NCBI GenBank assembly: GCA_963510375.1
Contig: CAUPES010000004.1
Coordinates: 42,619-106,618 of the forward strand
Reading direction: 5' to 3'
Length of the DNA: 64,000 nucleotides
DNA from: an uncultured Fastidiosipila sp.
GTDB lineage: Bacteria > Bacillota > Clostridia > Saccharofermentanales > Fastidiosipilaceae
Numbering within the stretch: the first letter of the stretch is position 1; every line of letters starts with the position of its first letter. Under the pieces are notes generated by a model. It searched no databases. It saw only the letters and a program-made list of their open reading frames with translations, and was not told the origin of the DNA. Shown piece after piece: positions 20,547 to 30,075 of the stretch. The translations under genes were made by a program, and so were the position numbers.

Positions 20547-21494
20547 CTATTCTTTTACTGTTCCAAAAGTATCTGTTGATAAGTATCTATCGCCTGAATC
20601 TGGTAAGGCTGTAACAACTGTTTTACCTGCAAACTCAGGATTTTCTAGAACCTTTCTTGAAGCTACCAAAGCAGCGCCACTTGAGATACCTACTAATAGT
20701 CCTTCTATTCTTGCTAACTCTCTACTTGCTTCTTTTGCAGCATCTGTATCAACTTGGATTACTCCATCTAGCAAATTCTTGTCTAAGTTGTCTGGAACAA
20801 ATCCTGCTCCAATTCCTTGAATACCATGCTTCCCTGGTTTATCTCCTGATATAACTGCCGAAGTATTAGGTTCTACAGCAAAAATTTTAATATCTGGATT
20901 TTGCTCTTTTAGGTATTTACCTGCACCTGAAATTGTACCACCTGTACCTACACCAGCTACAAGAATATCTACCTTCCCAGCAGTTTGTTCCCAAATCTCT
21001 ACACCCGTTGTAGCATCATGATAAGCTGGGTTTGATGGATTTTTGAACTGTGATGGGATAATTGAGTTTTCTATCTCTTCATTTAGTTCTTTCGCTTTGG
21101 CTATTGCACCATTCATACCATCTGCTCCTGGGGTCAAAACTAATTTCGCACCATAAGCACTGATCATTTTTCTTCTTTCTTCTGTCATAGAATCTGGCAT
21201 TGTAAAAATTGCTTTATATCCTCGTGCAGCTGCTACTGCTGCTAAGCTAACAGCCATATTTCCTGAACTAGCCTCAATAATTGTTGAGCCTTCTTTAAGC
21301 TCTCCAGCTTTTTCTAAGGCTAAAATCATTCCTAAAGCAGTTCTATCTTTAACTGAACCACTAGGATTCTGTGCTTCCAATTTAAAAGCAAACTCACTAT
21401 TTTCTAAACCATGTGATTTGAGCCATTTATTAGGTTTAAATAAAGGTGTTTTGCCAATCAATTCTTCCATACTGTTTACTATATTCTTTTGCAT
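20547..21494 (-). CDS. cysK: Cysteine synthase A
   Basis: KLEAQNPSGSVKDR, GVGTGGT, HGIQGIGAG, GISSGA, PDSGDRYLST. Confidence 0.95.
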   Translation of the reverse strand: MQKNIVNSMEELIGKTPLFKPNKWLKSHGLENSEFAFKLEAQNPSGSVKDRTALGMILALEKAGELKEGSTIIEASSGNMAVSLAAVAAARGYKAIFTMPDSMTEERRKMISAYGAKLVLTPGADGMNGAIAKAKELNEEIENSIIPSQFKNPSNPAYHDATTGVEIWEQTAGKVDILVAGVGTGGTISGAGKYLKEQNPDIKIFAVEPNTSAVISGDKPGKHGIQGIGAGFVPDNLDKNLLDGVIQVDTDAAKEASRELARIEGLLVGISSGAALVASRKVLENPEFAGKTVVTALPDSGDRYLSTDTFGTVKE

Positions 21495-21522
21495 AAAAAT
21501 CTCCTTTTAAAATCTAATAAAA

Positions 21523-21598
21523 AATGATACTAGACTAGAACTGTAACATCCTATATGCCACCGAGCTCATACGCTCTTTCACCTAATCTAATATCATT
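21523..21598 (-). promoter_or_regulatory. Candidate structured leader (three-way junction plus U tract) of cysK-cysE
   Basis: Minus strand: outer stem GATATTAGATTAG/CTAGTCTAGTATC, inner hairpins GAGC-GTATGA-GCTC and GTGGCAT-ATAGG-ATGTTAC, then TTTTTT; TATAAT at 21601-21596. Confidence 0.45.
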
Positions 21599-21665
21599 AT
21601 AAAATTAATTATTTTCTATAAAGTAACAAGCCTACTTGTTAAAAATTTCTTTTCTGTTTATTCCA

Positions 21666-21773
21666 TTAATGGTTCTGGGAATAAAGTGAAACTCCTAGGG
21701 CGGCACCACTAAAAACTTGCTCGTCCACACCTGCCTGAATGATCTCTTTGACTCTTGAGAATGCTTCGCTAAT
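21666..21773 (-). pseudogene. N-terminal remnant of a serine hydrolase (beta-lactamase-like) gene
   Basis: GGAG, 6 nt, then ATT; reads (I)SEAFSRVKEIIQAGVDEQVFSGAALGVSLYSQNH*, resembling the serine hydrolase N-terminal 'I..G....FPGAAL.V' pattern. Confidence 0.45.
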
Positions 21774-21852
21774 TTTTTACTCCAAAACCAATTTTCAAAT
21801 TTAAAATTCCTCCAGAAATTTCCATCTAGAAAATAGCACTAAATTTCGCTTA

Positions 21853-21889
21853 AACAAAACCTATTTGAACAAAACCTATTTGAACAAAA
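21853..21889. repeat. 15-bp tandem repeat (2.5 copies)
   Basis: AACAAAACCTATTTG AACAAAACCTATTTG AACAAAA. Confidence 0.8.
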
Positions 21890-21891
21890 TG

Positions 21892-22035
21892 TTAGAACCA
21901 ACGTCTCTTAGCTCTTTTAGCTCTTTTTACATCTTTGCCAATTTCTTTATAATCTAAGTAATATAGTACAAAGTAAATTCCTGTTACTACTAAAAATGTC
22001 TTCGCAACTGCTTTAACTGTTTTTAATGTTTGCAT
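21892..22035 (-). CDS. Small single-pass membrane protein (47 aa) with a basic tail
   Basis: Below the ORF-track size. GGAGGG RBS; MQTLKTVKAVAKTFLVVTGIYFVLYYLDYKEIGKDVKRAKRAKRRWF. Confidence 0.7.
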   Translation of the reverse strand: MQTLKTVKAVAKTFLVVTGIYFVLYYLDYKEIGKDVKRAKRAKRRWF

Positions 22036-22219
22036 TGTATTTCCCTCCAATACTTATTTTTACGTTTATATATATTCTAACGCAAATCGCAAATCCAAAA
22101 GGTATATTTATTCCACTTTACCAAATTCATGTCAGATCAAATTTTCTTATTACAAGAAAACCCCAATCTTTGCAGATCAAGGTTAACCTTAAATAACTTA
22201 TTTAAAACCCAGTTATGAT

Positions 22220-22894
22220 TTAGTCAAAGTCAAAATCAAAGTCAAAATCAAAGAATTTATCGTTATCAACTTCCAACTTATAAACTTCCCCAGATTTAGC
22301 ATCAATCTCTACATCATACTCTTTGCTATCAGAGCGAACTTCCGCCTCATATTTAACTACATTATCATCTTCATCTAGTTCAATTGAGTGTACAAAAGGA
22401 TTAGTGAAGCTTGAGTTAGCTTTGATTTTCTCAACAGCTTCTTCGATTGACATAACTCCTGCTGTTTTAGCTTTGATTTTTTCATAATCATTGCTCTTCT
22501 CTTGATTATGTTTTAAGATCTCACCATTTTCTGCATTTATTTCAATCTCATGTTCTACTCCTGGTGCTTCAACCTTGATCTCATATTTGTAAACATTTCG
22601 GTCTTTATCCAATTCAATTTTGGTTACTACAGCTTCATTACCAGCTAATTCCAAAGCTTTTTTATTTACATCTATTATATTCATGATTTTTACAGTTGTA
22701 GCTTTATCCACAGAAGATTTAGTACTGCTTTCACTAGACTTTGTATCATCTGATTTGTCAGCTTCAACTATATTGCTTGTAGTTGTATTCTGAGATTTTG
22801 CAGCTCCTACTTCTGTAGGTCTTGTATTAGTTCCACAAGCAGCTAAAGTAAGTGCCAAAACTAGACTTAATCCTATACTTAATAATTTTTTCAT
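22220..22894 (-). CDS. PepSY domain lipoprotein
   Basis: Start at ATG 22894 after GGAGG; lipobox LAAC; two PepSY repeats (IELD...YE.....IDA..GE); C-terminal (DF)n. Confidence 0.88.
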   Translation of the reverse strand: MKKLLSIGLSLVLALTLAACGTNTRPTEVGAAKSQNTTTSNIVEADKSDDTKSSESSTKSSVDKATTVKIMNIIDVNKKALELAGNEAVVTKIELDKDRNVYKYEIKVEAPGVEHEIEINAENGEILKHNQEKSNDYEKIKAKTAGVMSIEEAVEKIKANSSFTNPFVHSIELDEDDNVVKYEAEVRSDSKEYDVEIDAKSGEVYKLEVDNDKFFDFDFDFDFD

Positions 22895-23063
22895 GCGTTT
22901 TCCTCCATTAATTATTTCTACCCTTATTGTTTCTAATATTTTTTCCAACCTTTAGAAACTCACATTAAATTATAAAGGGTAATTATGAACAGCCCATGAC
23001 CTCAACATAAATATTGTAAATAGAACTGCGCAAATCAATATAATCAGTTAAGCAAAGCAAAAA

Positions 23064-24644
23064 TTATATGAAACGATCTTCTTTGGGCGAGATATTGTTC
23101 TCAAAAATAATATCTGGATGCACTGTTTTTTCGTACTCAAAAACAGGCTCATCAGCGGCATGTAATGGATACCAAACTTGGGCTAAGAACTTATTGACTT
23201 TAGCTCTATTACCATAATTCCAACTTTTATTCTCACATTCAGGGCATCCGTGTCCAGCATGCAAAATCAACCTTGGTGAAGCACTAAATTCATGTCCAAA
23301 GGCACATCGCATCTCTAGCTTATTTTGCCAATTACCAGTTTGCATTGACTTAGACAAGAGCTCGCCACCTCTAAATTCTACAGCAGATTTAACATCTTCA
23401 TAAGTTAATTCAGATTCAGGCTTGGTATCATCGTATCCGTGATCAATTTCAACAACATCATAGAGATTAAGTGGTCTAAACAATTCGTCTGGCAGTTCAG
23501 CATATGAACTTGGAAGTGAATCCCAATAAGCTTTGCTACCCCAATATGCAGCAATATAGGGATCTCCTAATTGTTTAATACCTCTAATTGTTCCGCCATT
23601 CCTCTTACCTAAACCTCTAAACAGCTTACGAATAATCCACGCTATAGTTTTTTGTATGCCAGCCCAATTACGCATCTTATAAATCCATTTTGCAGACCTA
23701 CCAATGCGTTTCGCATACTTTTTATAAAAATAATCCAAACTATTAGTTCTAAATTTAAACTGTTCCTCAAGTTTATAAGAGTCTAAAAAATACTGTCCAT
23801 GAAAGTTATTTGAGGCAATGACTTTTGGCTCTAAAGCTTCTCTAACTCTATGAAAACCAACGATAGCAAAAACTCTCTCATAAAGCTCAATACCACTTGC
23901 CCTGTTAGTATCGCCACCACCCATGTTGTAGCAATGCTGCCAAAAATCTTCAGGGATTTCATTTTCTTTTATCTGGCGACAAAAACTTCTTAAAAGCTCA
24001 GCTGAGTCACTATCTGATATATACTCCAAAACATTATTCAAGGGATTATGCAAAATTATTGGTTCAAAAATCTTAGTCATGCCACTACCAACAATACCTG
24101 TTTGTCTGAAGCTCACCCAGTATTTCAAACCTGACTCTATAACTGCTCTCTCCGCTGCGACTTTACTGACGGCATAATAATCATAAATACTTGGTTTAAT
24201 TGGATCGCCAATTCTTCCCCAATGTATAGGTGGTAAGCGATCTCCTGTTTCTGCAACTGTTCCAATATAAAGGAATTTAATATCCTTATCCTTTTTCTCT
24301 TCTTTGATTGCGTGTAATAAATTGTAAGTAGACCCAAGATTGACTTCCATAGCAAGTTGCGGATGCTTATCTGCCAAAGGAGAAACTAAAGCTGCTAAAT
24401 GCAAGACTATATCTACATTACGTACTGCTCTTCTACAATCATAGTAACTGGTCAAATCCCCCCAGATTACTTCTAAACCACTCCCTAAATATTCGTTATA
24501 TTTTGCAATTATTGATCTGTCTCTCTCACTATCTAAAGCAAAAACAACAATATCTTGAATATCTATATCTTTAATTAAAGCTGCTAAAGTCTCCTCTCCC
24601 ATAGAGCCGGTGGCACCAGTCAGCAAAACTCTTTGTTTTCTCAT
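23064..24644 (-). CDS. NAD-dependent epimerase/dehydratase (extended SDR) with C-terminal zinc ribbon
   Basis: TGATGSMG, HLAA, YAVSK; C-terminal CAFGHEF...GCPEC. Confidence 0.85.
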   Translation of the reverse strand: MRKQRVLLTGATGSMGEETLAALIKDIDIQDIVVFALDSERDRSIIAKYNEYLGSGLEVIWGDLTSYYDCRRAVRNVDIVLHLAALVSPLADKHPQLAMEVNLGSTYNLLHAIKEEKKDKDIKFLYIGTVAETGDRLPPIHWGRIGDPIKPSIYDYYAVSKVAAERAVIESGLKYWVSFRQTGIVGSGMTKIFEPIILHNPLNNVLEYISDSDSAELLRSFCRQIKENEIPEDFWQHCYNMGGGDTNRASGIELYERVFAIVGFHRVREALEPKVIASNNFHGQYFLDSYKLEEQFKFRTNSLDYFYKKYAKRIGRSAKWIYKMRNWAGIQKTIAWIIRKLFRGLGKRNGGTIRGIKQLGDPYIAAYWGSKAYWDSLPSSYAELPDELFRPLNLYDVVEIDHGYDDTKPESELTYEDVKSAVEFRGGELLSKSMQTGNWQNKLEMRCAFGHEFSASPRLILHAGHGCPECENKSWNYGNRAKVNKFLAQVWYPLHAADEPVFEYEKTVHPDIIFENNISPKEDRFI

Positions 24645-24923
24645 CGAAACTCGCCCCTTCCCGTTAGCATAGATTATAGATAGTTCATGCTTATTTATCT
24701 ATTCAGCTTGTAATAATCGCAGAATAGACACACTTATTAGATTAGCACATTTTCGTTGGATATTTACTGTGGTTTTGCTGGTTTTTGGTATGTAAATTTA
24801 AGCAATATCAACATCACGAAGTAACATCGTAATTGCAGTACTTTTGCATTACCTTTCTTGATTTCAACCAAATTATTAAAAATGCAAAAGCCTGCAAACC
24901 ACGAAGGTTGCAAGCTTTAAACC

Positions 24924-25000
24924 TGGTGGGCAATACTGGGCTCGAACCAGCGCCCTCATGCATGTGAAGCATGCGCTCTAACCAACTGAGCTAATTGTCC
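24924..25000 (-). tRNA. tRNA-Val(CAC), 77 nt, CCA encoded
   Basis: GGACAAT acceptor strand, D-arm GCTC-AGTTGGTTA-GAGC, anticodon arm CATGC-TTCACAT-GCATG, T-arm GCTGG-TTCGAGC-CCAGT, ACCA end; A3:C70 mismatch. Confidence 0.93.
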
Positions 25001-25082
25001 ATGTCATTTATTTAGACAATTTTACTCTTTTTATAACGATATTTCCAACAAAAACATAATTAGCGAAGATTTGTTAACTATA

Positions 25083-26207
25083 CTAAACCTTATTCAAAAT
25101 AAACTCTGCAATATCTTTAGCAGAATCGGCATTTGTATTTGCAGTCTGAGCTTTGCGCATAGTTGTAGCAGCTACTTTATCGTTAATTAATTTGAATGCT
25201 AGTTCTGCGAAGCCTTCTGCGTTATCTGCAGTCGCACTCATACCTTTTTTTATAAAATATTCTAAATTATCTGTTTCAAGACCAGGTATGGCACGAGTAT
25301 GTACCAATGGAATATTTGCTACACATGCTTCAGTACTACTTAAACCTCCTGGTTTTGTAAGCAAAACATCTCCGGCTCGCATGTATAAATGGACTTTATC
25401 TGTGAAGCCTAAAGCAATTACATTATCTTTACCTGAATATTCTTCTTCAAATTCTGCTTTAAGTTTAGAGTTATTACCGGTGAAAACGACAATATAAGCT
25501 TTTGGTGACTTTTTCAAAATACTGTCTGTTAGTTCATTCGCATTCCCAAATCCTGTTCCACCCATCATGATTAGGTAGACGTCACCTTCTACTGGCAAGT
25601 CTAATTGCTTTCTTGCTTTTTCTTTACTTAGGTCTGCACTAAATTTAGCTGAAACAGGAATTCCTGAAACAATAATCCTTTCTTCAGAGAAATCGTGCTC
25701 AAGAAAAGCTTCTTTGACCTCCTGGCAAGATACAAAATAATAATCAACATCAGTTTTTGCCACAAATGGGTACATTGCATAGTCGGTAATTACTGCAAAA
25801 GTTGGGATTTTTAAGTAACCTTCTCTTTTTAGCTTAGTAACTGTTTCCATAGAGAACATATGCGTACAAACAACTGCATCATATTTTTCTTTCTTGATAT
25901 GCTCATACAATTTTTTGGCATATGTACTATTAAACCAGTAAGTTGGCGCAAAGAAAGAAATCTTATCAGTTATTTCTGCGGTTCTATAGAGGATACCCCA
26001 TCCCTCTGCCATACTATTAACTGCACCATTGTACATATTAATGATTGTCTCTCTGGCTTTCTCGCTGAAAAAGCTTAAAATATCATACATTTTGCATTCC
26101 ATACCTTTAGCTTCCCAGGCTTCAATAATAGCTTCAGCCGCTCTATTGTGCCCACTACCTGTACCACTAGACAAGATTAAAATTTTCTTTTTTGCTTTAT
26201 TTTCCAA
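25083..26207 (-). CDS. GT28 diacylglycerol glycosyltransferase (UgtP/MGDG synthase family)
   Basis: TGSGHNRAA, VCTHMF, VITDY, SGIPV, TKPGGLSSTEA, IPGLE. Confidence 0.88.
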   Translation of the reverse strand: MENKAKKKILILSSGTGSGHNRAAEAIIEAWEAKGMECKMYDILSFFSEKARETIINMYNGAVNSMAEGWGILYRTAEITDKISFFAPTYWFNSTYAKKLYEHIKKEKYDAVVCTHMFSMETVTKLKREGYLKIPTFAVITDYAMYPFVAKTDVDYYFVSCQEVKEAFLEHDFSEERIIVSGIPVSAKFSADLSKEKARKQLDLPVEGDVYLIMMGGTGFGNANELTDSILKKSPKAYIVVFTGNNSKLKAEFEEEYSGKDNVIALGFTDKVHLYMRAGDVLLTKPGGLSSTEACVANIPLVHTRAIPGLETDNLEYFIKKGMSATADNAEGFAELAFKLINDKVAATTMRKAQTANTNADSAKDIAEFILNKV

Positions 26208-26226
26208 TTGCTTTTCCCTTAACTAA

Positions 26227-26483
26227 TTAATTAAAATCGTCTTGATTATTAACACTGCTAGAATTTGTATTCGCATTAGCATTTGATTTTGTGTTCGTAT
26301 TATCAGTATTATCATGTCCTCTAAAGAACTTGTAGGCAAAGAAAGCCACAATCAGAGCAACAAGAATTAACCCTGGAGAAACTATCCATTTAGAAATAAA
26401 ATTAAATACTCCCCTTATGAACCATAGACCCAATACAACTACTACAAAAATACCACTTGCTTTTAATAAGCTTTAAAATCCAT
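26227..26483 (-). pseudogene. Small membrane protein with an apparent 1-nt frameshift after codon 4-5
   Basis: GAAGGA then ATG at 26483 gives MDFKAY*; the other frame continues LLKASGIFVVVVLGLWFIRGVFNF... to 26227; one extra base near AAAGCTTA restores one ORF. Confidence 0.55.
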
Positions 26484-26683
26484 ATTTATTCCTTCTCTCT
26501 AAAATTCAATTTACTCATCACACAATCAATTTGGCAAATTAATTATATTCTATTTTGCATACATTCTATCAAATATATTCTAAATCAGTACCAAAAATAA
26601 AAGCCACGTAGCTTAGATCTGCCACGTAGCTTTATAACTTGAATTAATTAATGAACCTTAATTCAAAATCTAAGATCAATGTC

Positions 26684-27835
26684 TTACATCAATGATTTGT
26701 ATAATTCTAGAATTTCATCTAATTTTGCTTCTCTTGGGTTTCCTGGTGTACAAACATCTGCCAAAGCATCTTTTGCAATCTCTGGCAAGTCTTCTTCTTT
26801 TACGCCTAGATCTGACAATTTTTCTGTCATTTCTACATCTTTGGCAATTTGTAGAACTGCATCACAAGCTGCATCTCTTGCTTCTTCAATTGACATAGAT
26901 TCTGTGTTTTCTACACCTAATACTTTTGCAATGTCTCTGTATTTTTCACCAGTAAAGTCTTTGTTATAACGCATTACTGTTGGAAGTAAGATTGCATTTG
27001 CTTGACCGTGAGCAATTCCATACCATGCACTTAGTGGGTGACTCATACCGTGAACTAGACCTAATCCTACGTTTGAATATCCCATAGCTGCTATATATTG
27101 ACCTGTTGCCATATTTTCTCTAGCTTTAGGATCACCTTTTACAGCCGCTCTAATGTTTGCACCAATCATTTCAATTGCCTTGATGTGAACCATGTCACTC
27201 ATTTCCCATGCACCTGGTGTGATGTAACCTTCGATAGCGTGTGTCAAAGCATCCATACCTGTCGCAGCAGCTAACTTAGCTGGCATTGACATCATCATAT
27301 TGCTATCTACAAATGCGATATCAGGTATATCATTAGGGTCAACACAAACGAATTTACGTTTATTAGCTGTATCAGTAATAACGTAGTTAATTGTAACCTC
27401 TGCACCTGTACCTGCTGTTGTAGGAACTGCAAAAGTCATCATAGCCTTGTGTTTAGTATCAGCAACACCTTCTAGACTGACAACGTCTGCAAATTCAGGG
27501 TTTTCAATAATTATACCAACTGCTTTAGCTGTATCCATTGAAGAACCACCACCAATAGCGATTATGCAATCTGCATTTGATTTTTTAACAAATTCTACAC
27601 CTGCTTTAACATTGTCAACTGATGGGTTCGGATTAACTTCGTCGAAAATTTCATAGTCAATATTTTCTCTATCTAAAATAGCTGTAACATTATCTACTAC
27701 ACCAGCTTTTAACAAACCTTTGTCAGTGATAACAACTGCCTTCTTCAATCCACGACCCTTAAACTCTACTGGAATATTCTCAATTGCTCCTGCACCAAAG
27801 TAAGAGCGTTCATTCAAAATCATTCTATATGCCAT
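26684..27835 (-). CDS. fucO: Lactaldehyde reductase (iron-containing alcohol dehydrogenase)
   Basis: MAYRMILNERSYFG, GGGSSMD, NPEFADVVSLEG, PTTAGTG, DALTHAIE, HGMSH, DVCTPGNPR. Confidence 0.88.
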   Translation of the reverse strand: MAYRMILNERSYFGAGAIENIPVEFKGRGLKKAVVITDKGLLKAGVVDNVTAILDRENIDYEIFDEVNPNPSVDNVKAGVEFVKKSNADCIIAIGGGSSMDTAKAVGIIIENPEFADVVSLEGVADTKHKAMMTFAVPTTAGTGAEVTINYVITDTANKRKFVCVDPNDIPDIAFVDSNMMMSMPAKLAAATGMDALTHAIEGYITPGAWEMSDMVHIKAIEMIGANIRAAVKGDPKARENMATGQYIAAMGYSNVGLGLVHGMSHPLSAWYGIAHGQANAILLPTVMRYNKDFTGEKYRDIAKVLGVENTESMSIEEARDAACDAVLQIAKDVEMTEKLSDLGVKEEDLPEIAKDALADVCTPGNPREAKLDEILELYKSLM

Positions 27836-27991
27836 AACAACCTCCCTCTAGCGTTCTTGCCCAAAAGCAACAGCGACTATTTATCTATTAGCATTTTGTT
27901 CACACTTAATAATAACACCTTATGAATAAAATTTATTACTTATTTTGTAAACAAGCCAGGATTTAACGCTTTTCTAGTCCAAGCGTAAAAT

Positions 27992-29344
27992 CTATTTACT
28001 CTTAAGATCAATCACAAAAACCATGCCACTAGAACTTGCTTTAAAATCATAACTGAAACCATAAAGTTCTAAAATATTTTTGACCACATAAAGACCCAAG
28101 CCATTTCCTTCTTGTGGTAAATTTTTGTCTTTAATTTCACTTCTATAGAAAATCTCGAAAACCTTTTTCAATTCACTTTCATTTAGCACTTTTCCAGTAT
28201 TTTCCACATAAAGCTTTTGCTGATCTGTATAAATATGAATACTACCTGATTCTTCAGTGTATTTAACAGCATTACTAATTAGATTAGAAAAAACTTTTTT
28301 GAGTGCAGCTTTAGCTATGTATATTTTCTCCCCATCTAATTCCACACAAAGATTAATAAATTTAGCTTTTATCAGAACCTTATATTCTGCTATAACCTCA
28401 TTCAATACTTCTTCCAGGTCTAAGGTCTCACTTGGACTGTTGATCTCTTGTAACTTAGAAACATTAAGTATCTCTCTCATGAGCTCAGTCATTCTATCTA
28501 CTTCATTAATGCTTTCTGCCAGATATTTGTCTCTATCTGCATACTTACCAATATTAAGTTGCATGTTCTCAAGCATTATTCTGAGACTCGCTAATGGAGT
28601 TTTTAGTTCATGTGACGTACTTCGCAAAAAATCCACTTTCTGCTTCTCTATATTGAGCATGTATTCATTCTTCTCTTGGAGTTCAGAGATAATTTGTAGC
28701 AATTGATCATAGACACTATTTACTTGGGACTTAAACTCACCGATTTCATCTTCAGAATCGACTTCAAAGAAGGCGTCCTCTTCTAATTGCTTCATACGTC
28801 TAGTGACTGATTTTATATCTAGAAGTGGTTTTGTGATTTTTCGTGCATAAATATATGAAAGTATAGCTGCAGAAATTAAACATACAACCAAGGAATACGG
28901 CAAAATATCTAAGGTTAATTCTTTGGCCTCGTGAAAAAGTTCTTGTGAGGATATAAGTTGGATAGTTAAATCTAAACCTTCTGCACTTTCTATCTTCCTA
29001 TCTTCGATGAAAAGTGAATTTTTGTCACTTCCAGGCATCCTACCAATATCATCATCAATAGGCACTTCTAATTTGCCAGAATTAGGCTTCTTAGGATCTT
29101 TTATACTAACGGTAATATCATTACTACGATTAAAAAGATTAATTGATTTTTCTATCTCGGATTTACTTAACCCGTATAGGTTCTTTGCCAAAAGATCAGC
29201 TTGCACACTAAGATCATTTTTTCTATTTTCTAAATATAAGGCTGGAAAAACTAGATATATCGTTAGATGAGCTATTAGTACAATTGCTACTAAGATACTC
29301 AAAGTGTAGATAAAAGTTTTTGGAAGAATTTTTAGTTTACGCAT
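27992..29344 (-). CDS. vncS: Sensor histidine kinase (VncS-like)
   Basis: Two TM helices, HAMP, SHELKTP, NLISNAVKY, GNGLGLY; context vex-vncR. Confidence 0.8.
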   Translation of the reverse strand: MRKLKILPKTFIYTLSILVAIVLIAHLTIYLVFPALYLENRKNDLSVQADLLAKNLYGLSKSEIEKSINLFNRSNDITVSIKDPKKPNSGKLEVPIDDDIGRMPGSDKNSLFIEDRKIESAEGLDLTIQLISSQELFHEAKELTLDILPYSLVVCLISAAILSYIYARKITKPLLDIKSVTRRMKQLEEDAFFEVDSEDEIGEFKSQVNSVYDQLLQIISELQEKNEYMLNIEKQKVDFLRSTSHELKTPLASLRIMLENMQLNIGKYADRDKYLAESINEVDRMTELMREILNVSKLQEINSPSETLDLEEVLNEVIAEYKVLIKAKFINLCVELDGEKIYIAKAALKKVFSNLISNAVKYTEESGSIHIYTDQQKLYVENTGKVLNESELKKVFEIFYRSEIKDKNLPQEGNGLGLYVVKNILELYGFSYDFKASSSGMVFVIDLKSK

Positions 29345-29359
29345 CTTAACCTCAGCTAA

Positions 29360-30016
29360 TTACTTTCGTTGCAACACATAACCTACATTTTTTATAGTTT
29401 TAATGCAATCTAAATTTAGTTTTTTGCGTAATTCTTTTATATAGGCATCGACAATTCTATCTATAGGAGCATCATCTACATCTTCCCAAATATGATCCAA
29501 TATCTGTCCTCGGCTCAAAACTTGATTCTCATTTTTGCAAAGCAAGCGTAAAACTTCAAACTCTTTGGTTGTTAATTTTACTACTTGACCCTTATATGTT
29601 GCCTCGTAGGCTGAGAAATTCACTCTAACATCTTCATAAATCCATAGATCAGTATCTGTATAGTAACGCTTCTTTACAGCTTCTACTCTCTTGCCTAGGA
29701 CTGCTAGCGAAAATGGTTTGGTTAAATAACCATCAACCAGGAGGTCAAAACTTTTAATCATGGTTTCATCATCTCCAAGAGCAGTCAACATTAAGACTGG
29801 TATATCACTACTTTCTCTAACTATTTTTAGAACTTCTAAACCATTTTTTATAGGGAGCATAACGTCAAGGAGCAACAAGTCTATCTTGTTGTCTTGAAAC
29901 TTCTCGATTGCCATTTGACCATCAGAAGCTTTGATGCAAATATACCCTAGACTTTCTAAATATTCACAAATTCCGTCCAGAATAATTTTCTCATCTTCAA
30001 CGACTAAGATATTCAT
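29360..30016 (-). CDS. vncR: OmpR-family response regulator (VncR-like)
   Basis: ILVVEDE, LLDVMLP, YLTKPF, C-terminal winged helix IKTIKNVGY. Confidence 0.82.
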   Translation of the reverse strand: MNILVVEDEKIILDGICEYLESLGYICIKASDGQMAIEKFQDNKIDLLLLDVMLPIKNGLEVLKIVRESSDIPVLMLTALGDDETMIKSFDLLVDGYLTKPFSLAVLGKRVEAVKKRYYTDTDLWIYEDVRVNFSAYEATYKGQVVKLTTKEFEVLRLLCKNENQVLSRGQILDHIWEDVDDAPIDRIVDAYIKELRKKLNLDCIKTIKNVGYVLQRK

Positions 30017-30075
30017 TGTTGCTCACTTTCGTTAAATATTTATTTTTCACTTAGAACTTAAACAATAAGTATACA

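Noticed and set aside
21690..21765. SAM-I or T-box riboswitch upstream of cysK (TCAAGAG...GAGCAA...GTGGTGCCGCC)
   Set aside because: P1 and P3 do not pair and there is no T-box stem I or terminator; the stretch reads better as a serine hydrolase N-terminal remnant.
22221..22250. (DF)n tail of the PepSY lipoprotein as a phase-variation tract
   Set aside because: The 6-nt unit is in frame and at the extreme C-terminus, so length changes would not switch expression.
24650..25080. tRNA-anchored integrative element
   Set aside because: No integrase and no duplicate of the tRNA 3' end seen in the window.
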